From NCBI GenBank assembly GCA_964036045.1, contig OZ038379.1:17732001-17796000 (forward strand): 64,000 nucleotides of DNA, in the 5' to 3' direction. The DNA comes from Eutreptiella sp. 'Long Island Sound 2002'. Taxonomy: Eukaryota; Protista; Euglenida. Made by a program: the position numbers and the translations under genes. Positions within the stretch are counted from its first letter, which is position 1. Every line of letters begins with the position of its first letter. The notes under the pieces were generated by a model. It was given only the letters and a program-made list of their open reading frames with translations. It did not search any database and was not told where the DNA came from. Shown piece after piece: positions 56,231 to 64,000 of the stretch.

Positions 56231-59200
56231 CGGGATTTTTTTTCGCCCTCCACCTGTTTGGTGCCTCGTACGAACGTCACACTTGCCCTGGACCCCACCA
56301 CTCGGATTTCAAATCCTTTATCCGTGTACCGACCAAACAGTGAATTTTTGGGAACAGTGAATTTTTGCATGTGAAAAAAGAATTAACATTTTGTCAAAAA
56401 ATTTGCGTGAAAGGGCAGAATGCCAAAAAATGGTTTTTTGCTATTTATTTTTTGGAATTAGTGTTTTGCGACCAAAATAACACCGAGCCGGGCAAATATT
56501 TATTACAATTTAGCGTTGCTGTTCTGCTTCCCAAGGACCTAGATTTCTGCCCCCATCTCCAAACACACCTTTCTTTTGGTTGTTTCGCAATTAGAGTCAC
56601 AAGGAACCCACATTCCGTGATTTAAAGAAAAAAGTCACCATCCGGCTTGTACGTAGTCCTTGATCAAGGTACGGGAACGAAGCTCAGTGACCTAGTGGTT
56701 ATAGCATGGGACAACTCAAACTGGAGCCCTTAGTTCAAACCACAACCGGGGCAATTTTGGCAACCGCCCAAATACCATCAGCTTCCTGGAGAAATTGTTT
56801 TTCATGCACAAACAGAGCGTGTCACAATGATGGGGCGGTACTGCGAGCTGTGCGCAGGCTGTGCACAAAGTTTTTACAGGGCCATACCCAAGCTGCGTAG
56901 CAGTGCCTGGTACCAGTAACAATGAGCTGTGTTATGCATTTATTTCCCATGCATGTCCATCCTGGGATTCACTAACCAAGACATCTTGAGAACACTGGCA
57001 GTGTATGCCCTGTACCGTAGAACCGTTGAGATTTCATGAGGGTAGGTTATTCTGGAATTCGTTTGCCTTGTAAAGGTGCCGTTTGCAAAAAATAAAAAAA
57101 CGCAACAAAAATTAATGAATTATCTTGCGGTGCCTCGGCAAATTCCCCGCAAATTTAGAAAAATAATGAATTATTGGCCTTGTGCTTCCCCATGCAGGTT
57201 TTTGTTGGCTGTTTCCACTTGACAGATGTTCACTTTGCAATCATATTTTTCTTCTTTGCCCCCGGAAGATGCCATTGCGCAGCGTTCAACGCGTCTTGAG
57301 CGGGCAGATGTTGAACAGTTCTGCCGCACTATTGTGATGGGAATGGTTGGCAGATGAGATTGTTGTGTGTACTCGTCTTGTTTGTGGGTGATGGCTCCCA
57401 AAAAATCTAACTGGGTTGCATATAGGCCTCTGTAGGGTGCAAGGTATGCTGAGTGGAGCACAGGAGCACAAATGACCATCTTGATGGGGCATCTGGGGGT
57501 GCTCTTGGTTGGCGTGTCCCATTTTTGGGGTTGGGCCATGACGCACCCAGATGTCATGTCATTCTTAGGCTAGCTCCCATTTGACTTGCTGCCAAATGTA
57601 ACCCCCCTTGAGTACCTACCTGTGTGTGGCGGTATCCCCACATCCCTAGGGAAACATAGCCAAAGTGGCTGCCCCCCAACCACGAGGGAAAACAACAGAG
57701 CCGTGATGCGACGCAAGACAAGCAAACACGAGGGTGTATGATCTAGTAAATGACTAGGGATCTACCTGTTGGGATGCACGTCCAGCTCTACTGAGAGATA
57801 GGCACTGTGTGCCACTTTTTCTGGCTTGAGTATTTCACTTTGAAGAGCTGCCTGCACATGCTCAGCAGGGGGCCACTGGGATGCACTCTCTAGTTGTAGG
57901 CTTGGCTGCACTCTTGGCCGAGGGAGCAAGAACCTTCAAGAACACAACACTGCGATACTACTAGTAGACACACAGGAGAAGCTCAGTATCCAACCTTCCA
58001 AGTAAAATTGGAAAAATCAAAGTGACACCCCTCCCCCGGGCACCAATCAAGGGTGGGTAGTGATAAGGGGGAGGCGGGGAGGTACTCTTGGTCTAGCATA
58101 TCCATTAGGCACCATCACATGATACTGTGGGCAAAATCATCCAGAGAGAGGGGGGGTGTTTGCCCTGCGCACTACTGTTACTATGACGTTCCCATATTCA
58201 GTCCCCCAATTCACCATTACCCAATGAAGCCTCTCTGAATGTATCACCATGTGCCCAGCTTAGCATGCCTGTTTCACAATACACAAAGATGCACCTTGTA
58301 GCCCTGAAACACATTACACTGCGTGAACTGGGGGGACAACAGTTGAGGGAAAGGGGCTAGTGCATATCCCCATTTGGAAAGGGGTCGGTCCATATCCCCA
58401 ACCGGAAAGGGGCAAGTCCACGACGAGAAATCATACCAAACTGCCCATCCCACCGACCCACCCACCCACTCACCCATCCGAGGGGTGGAATCCACCCAAA
58501 AAACAAGAAATGTTCATGAGTACTCAAGATAGTTCTTGGAAAACAGGCGACTCAAGTGTATGGTACACCGAATCCCCGTTAGACAAGGCACAAGGCGCAG
58601 ACACATAGCTCATATACAAGGAAAGAGTGCGGCGGGCAACCGCCGCACCTTAATGGCAAAAGCCTGTCCGGAGGTACAATGGTAATCAAATGTGGGTACT
58701 TGGACCCTTCATTGTCGACTGGCGCTTTCCCAAAGGATGCGCATGGCCATGTCGTCACTTTGGTGCTGCTTGGCGCACTCATATGTGTCGACGCAGGGGC
58801 GCTTCCGCAACACACCTAGACGATGGCCACATGCTTTCTTGGCGCTGGGACAATGTTTGCAGATGTGTTTGGCCTGCAATCTTCCACAGCTTTCTACAAC
58901 ACCCAACAAACCCCCGCACACAAATCACGGAGGCAATACAGTTCAGAGTCCTGATGATGGGAAGCAGACGGGAATCAGACGCTGCACCCCATTATCACTC
59001 CCAATCTGCGCCTTTGGGTGTGTGATGCATGGACGCACCTCCAAAGCCGTAGCCGCATCAGCACCACCTTCGACCTTGTCTGCCTCCTCTGCCGCAACTG
59101 TGCTGGATTCCTGTGAAGCGGCTGAGACAGGCGGTTCGCTGGCCGCCTCAGGGTCAGGTTTCTTCCTTTGTCGCTTTTTCGCCGGCGATGCCTGCGTCAC

Positions 59201-60945
59201 AACAGTCGGGCTGCAACACCTGTGGATGCCCCCCACAGCCACGCCACTAGTTAGTAACCCGACCAAACCTTTGGTGTGGTGTGGTGTGGTGTGGTTTTAG
59301 GTATGGGGCGCACCGGCCCACCCCCTCCACCGTTCCGCTCGTCCGTGAAGAGGAGGGCGTATGCAAAATCGTTCCCATAGGAGAGTCTTGGGCTCCAGTT
59401 TCCTCCCTGCATTCACTGGACCGGAGCTCCGCCTTGCCCCTCCGCCATCCGCTCATGTGGGAGCTGGGGTTCAAGCAGGCGAACTTTCAACAACACGCCA
59501 TAAACTATACCTCCATACCTCCAGGCCACCACCCACGGTCCCAAGAAAGGGGGGTTAGGTCGCTTGAAACCTCACTTAGCCACCAACGGACCAATGAGAA
59601 ATGACAAACCCATCCCCTCCTCCTCCACAGGGGGCCGGCATACTACCACCACCCGAGTAGCACGTACACACATGCATCGGCGGGTCGAACCAGGAAAATA
59701 GCTGAACACAGCGCGATCACAAACTACAGCCAACACATCACATGCACCATTTTACTGGCCCTTAGTCCCAAGCCCCAAAACGAAGCAGCCGCAACAACAA
59801 AAAGCCACCCCCATCGCCAGTTGGCGGCGGGGGGGGGGTTCCCAAATGACTGGAAAAATATGGATGTGCGGGGCGTCCCGTAGCCGTTCACCTTCCAATG
59901 CGGAGGTGTTGGTTCAAGTGTCCACGGACAAAACTGCGGCGGCACCGCCATGAAGGCAAGCAGCCCTGCACATTGGTGTCGATGGGGCTTGGAGGGGGGG
60001 GCTACCTCTGCCGCTGCATCCCCCGAGCCACCCTCAGCATCCTCCTCCATGGCAGTCTCCGAATCAGTCGGGCCGGCCGCTGGGTCGTCCTGCTTCTTCT
60101 GCCGCTTCTTCGCTGGCGATGCCTGTGGGACAACACCAACACCTCCGGGACCCCTTGCACTGCTCGAAGGGGGCATCGGGGCCGGTGGACGAGGAGTTGT
60201 TGAGTAGGTTGTTGAGGCGTCTGCGTTTTCATGTGCACTCCTCGTGTAACTGTTTTTGCGACCCATGTATGTTGGTAAACTAGGTCACCGCCTCCCCATC
60301 ATTTGCACCGTGTGCTGCTTGAAGCCATAGCTCAGCGTCAACTATTATAGTTGTTCTCGTCCCCGCCTTGCGCTTCCGGTTCCGTGCCACGTACCGCACT
60401 GGTGCTCCTACTAGGTCACGCAGGTTCCGTGCGGTTTCCCGTGGTGGTCGGGGCTGTGCAATAAACCTATTTAGCCATAGGGGGGGCGGGGGTTGCTTTG
60501 GTGTGGGGTCGGCTAGCTTCTCTCTCAAGGCTTGAACGGCCTGGATTATCTGAAACTGGAAGAGGCCCAACTCGGCCCGTAGTTTGTGTCTTTATACATC
60601 GGATATGAACGGCGAAATGGTGGGCCTGCACGCTCCGATGCCCATCTTGGGGTCATTTTGAGCCCCAACCAACACCCATGTTGTGCCCAAATCCGCGTTT
60701 TTTGCCACTTGGCACGCACAGGGGGTCTCAAGGCGGTAAAAGGCACGATCTGATATGTGCACCACTCGTAGCGCATTAGAATTTTTTTCATTTTTTGTAA
60801 TTGTCTTATAATGTAGGCCAAGTGCAAGGGGTTGTGGTGCGCTGCACGTGAAATTTTTGGGCAATAGCACTGTCGACAAAAGGGGCCTCAATATATGAAA
60901 ACATGTTGAACCTGCGAGGATCACATCCTCAATTCTAATTGCATG

Positions 60946-62000
60946 CACTTTGGTAACCTGGAGAACGTCGTAGTCCCTCCCCATTTCAGCTATCCTCGGA
61001 GGGCATAGGTGATGTGGCCACATTGCTCCGACAAGGAAGGGGTTATGTAGCCATATTGATTGCTCCCCACTTGGGCCCCGGGAGCAAGCTGACGTAGCCA
61101 CCATGATTGCTCCCAACTTGCAGGACACCACAAAGAAAGGGACTACCTAGCCGCATTGCTTGCCCCCTACTTTAAGGATGCTAAGAAGTCAACGGTTAGT
61201 TAGCCACATTGGTTGTATCATGTTTCGGGCACTCCGAGAAGGCCGGGGTTAAAAAGCCACAATAAGTGCTCCACCCTTTGGGGGTACCGAGCAAGCAGTC
61301 GTTACGCGGCCACATTCATTGCTCATCATGTTCGGTACACCGCAAACAGACATGTGATATAACCACAGTGTTTGCTCTCACATTCAAGCCCGCACCTAGA
61401 CCATGGTGTTGTAGCCGTATTGAACCCTACATCATTCGGGACCTCGAGCAGGCAGCGGTTCTTTAGCCACATTTTTTGCTCTCACATTGGCGCCCGCGAG
61501 AAGCCAATGGTTATGTAGCCGAATTGACTGCCCCCGGTTTTGAGGACCAGTAGAAGGCAAGGGTTATGTAGCAACATTGATTCCTCACCATGTTGGGCAC
61601 CCCAAAAGGCGGCAGTCATGTGGCCACATTCATTGCGTACTTTGAGTATTGAAAAACAATGCCGTTTGTGACCCATGTTCAAAAAATTTAACTTTTATTG
61701 CTTTTAGGCCCAGTTTTCATGACACTTGTTGGGGGCATTTCGAGGGGGAGTTTATTTTTTGGGCGGGCGAGCAACTTGGGCCGTCCAAGTGGAAGGGCGA
61801 GCTAACTTCTGCAAATTCATTGCTCCCCCCGCTTGGGACCCCAACAACAAAGAGACTACGTGCTCGTATCCCTCGGGCCCCACTTTCTCGATCCTTAGAC
61901 ATCACGTCTTAGGTGGCTTCATTGACTATGTCCCATTTTAGGGACTCTGAGATTGCAAGGCCACGTTTGTTGCTCCCCGCTTTGGAGATCTTTAGTTTCC
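60946..62000. repeat. 53-bp satellite block (third copy of this segment)
   Basis: Near-identical to 44364-45400 and about 37244-38250. Confidence 0.9.
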
Positions 62001-62316
62001 GTAGAAACTGAAGTTCAATTCGTTCCCTGGAGCTGCCGTCGATAGTGTGTTTATGCAGCATCTATATGTTCTCTTTCAGCGCTTAGTCGATTTTCGTAAT
62101 GGAAACGGAGGGTGCGCCGCATGGATTAGACGCACTGATCAAATTCTCCACAAATCACCAGGAGAAGTGGTCAAAAAATGTAGGCAAAAAGCAGGTGCTG
62201 GACATGGCCCATTTGGAGTGGAAAAGGATCAATCAGAGTCACGGTTGGGTGGCTCGGATCCAGCATGCGGTTCAGCAGGTGGTGCCTGCGGGGCATGATG
62301 TCAGGGAGTTGTGGTA

Positions 62317-64000
62317 TTTGCAGCCATTGTAGGGGGGGGCTTCTTCAAATCGGAGAGCCCAAGTTTTGCCTTGAGTGCAGCGGACAATGCACTCACGTCA
62401 GGGTCTTCATCACCCGCACCCAGGACCCGGGAAAGCAGCTCCATGGTCTCATCGAGACCAAGCTTAGGGGCTGCCATACGTTGGGGCAAACCTCGCTCCA
62501 CGCATGAGGGTTCAGGAGCCACCCCCTTTGGGGAGGGTACTGGCTCCAGGCACTCAGGCTCCTTCGGCTCCTTCGAAGGTGTAGGTTCTCTGGAAATCTA
62601 GTCAGGTTCCCAGTCTGACGAATGGGCCGACGCCAACGCATCCAATTCGCCGTACGGTATCTCGAATATCTCGTCGCCCCAAGTAGCCCCGAACATCGGT
62701 CCCAAAGCTGCATCTTTCCCTTTTCCTTTCATTGTTGTGCTTCTCCAGGCTTTGACCTTGGCATTGGCCACTTCGAACCCTAGAATAGGCGTGGTTTCGG
62801 ACGGGGGCAATGAGGACACGACGGAAGCTAAGGCGGTTGCCACGGGGTCCTTGTCCTCGAGGCGCGTGAGATTCGCCCGCATTAAGCCAGGCACCTTAGC
62901 GCCCGGCCGGACTTCTTCTGTATATATTTTTGTATTCTCTTCCGCCCCTCTTGGTTCTGCATGTCCTCCGAGAGGACCAGTATCACGGGGTACACCACTT
63001 GTAGATGAAGGTCCAGCCTTCACATCATCAGTTTTTGATCTGGTGCTTGTGATCGGTACGGTTTTGGCAGACATCTCCACAGTTCAGAATACAAGTGTTT
63101 CTTGGTGTTCTTCGTGTTTTGCTTTAGTCTTCTAGGGCCCGTCTCTGCTACCAGAAAAGGTTTCTGGTTTGCCCACACTTGTGCTTGTTCCTTGTATTTG
63201 TTTTAGAAAACCTTGCTGATTTTCACCAAGTCAAAATAAGGTCCACACAGAGATAAAGTAGAGCAAGTCCAGGCACCGGATCGATGAAATCAGGATAAAT
63301 CCTTCCACAATCAAAACATGTGCAACAAAGAGGGGCTGCACAAAGACAATGCAGGCTCAAATACAATGCTTCAGTCACATACGGACAAAACAAATGATTC
63401 TGTAGAGAAAACTGACATAAGTCTGGCCACAAAGATAGACCCAAGCACCTCATGTGCATGCAATGGAGTTGGTTAGGAATCTGGGGCAAGTAGGTTGGGC
63501 CAGACACACGATATGGCTTGGCCAGCATGGCCAAGCAACTGAATTCAGAATCCGTTAAAAGGTAGCCCCACAATAAGTAGGTGAAACAATTGAGTATAGG
63601 GGTCCTGAGGTGGGAGACCACTAGGCTTAACTTGCAAGGCCCAAGGCGTGAGGTGCCTATTTTATTTCGGTATAACCTCCATGAAGGAAGATACCTCCGC
63701 CCACTTAAGTGGTAGGGGTGAATTTCATGGGGGGCTAGGGTTATAACCCTAGTTACTTTGAAAAATGTTCTTAAAACTTCAAAAAGAGTGATAAAAATGA
63801 TTAAGTGTTAGCCTACACAACTTCCCAAGGTTTAGGGGGGGCTTCGCCTGGATCACGTACCCCAAGAAAGACATGGTAGTGACTTTTTCTTACTTTTTGG
63901 ACCCTCGCGACTCACCACTATTAGGGGTGGGGTTGGCACCTCTCCCCAAGTGCCTCTTGAGGAATTTTTCCATATGGGAGTCGTTCTCCCTCTCCACAGC
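62317..64000 (-). mobile_element. Duplicate of LTR fragment 1 (LTR 63154-63894, PBS 63143-63153) plus the end of the fragment-2 gag
   Basis: Copy of 45735-47418 at offset 16582. Confidence 0.75.

Larger units (their letters stand above)
44364..64000. repeat. Segmental duplication: 44364-47418 repeated at 60946-64000 (runs off the window)
   Basis: Near-identical at constant offset 16582 (44684/61266, 46016/62598, 46641/63223). The left breakpoint cactttggtaacc lies inside the satellite. Confidence 0.96.

Overview
Repeat-dominated eukaryotic nuclear DNA, possibly from a euglenozoan-type protist (an inference from the TATE/VIPER-like tyrosine-recombinase retroelement and an intronless SfsA gene; not verified). 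I found no rRNA, tRNA or CRISPR. The only clear host gene is an SfsA-family PD-(D/E)XK nuclease with an NLS-like N-terminus (21583-22689). The rest is mobile or repetitive DNA. (1) A hAT element with 15-bp TIRs and a perfect 8-bp TSD (2809-7067) carries about 31 copies of an 85-bp palindromic satellite in place of the 5' part of its transposase; the remaining transposase ends in a SAP domain. (2) A 983-bp MITE has related TIRs. (3) An apparently full-length 8.4-kb LINE on the minus strand (12725-21128) has ORF1 with an RRM and ORF2 with Zn-finger/APE/RT/RNase H/CCHC domains, an (AACC)6 tail and a 14-bp TSD inside a GGGGAAAAT-rich repeat. (4) About 10 kb of degenerate 53-bp satellite is related to the 85-bp unit. 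(5) The 35.8-64 kb region is a mosaic of segmental duplications containing nested LTR-PBS-gag fragments and a decayed gag + tyrosine recombinase element. The best novelty candidates are the LINE (tail, target, in-frame UGA-C between ORF1 and ORF2) and the satellite-carrying hAT.
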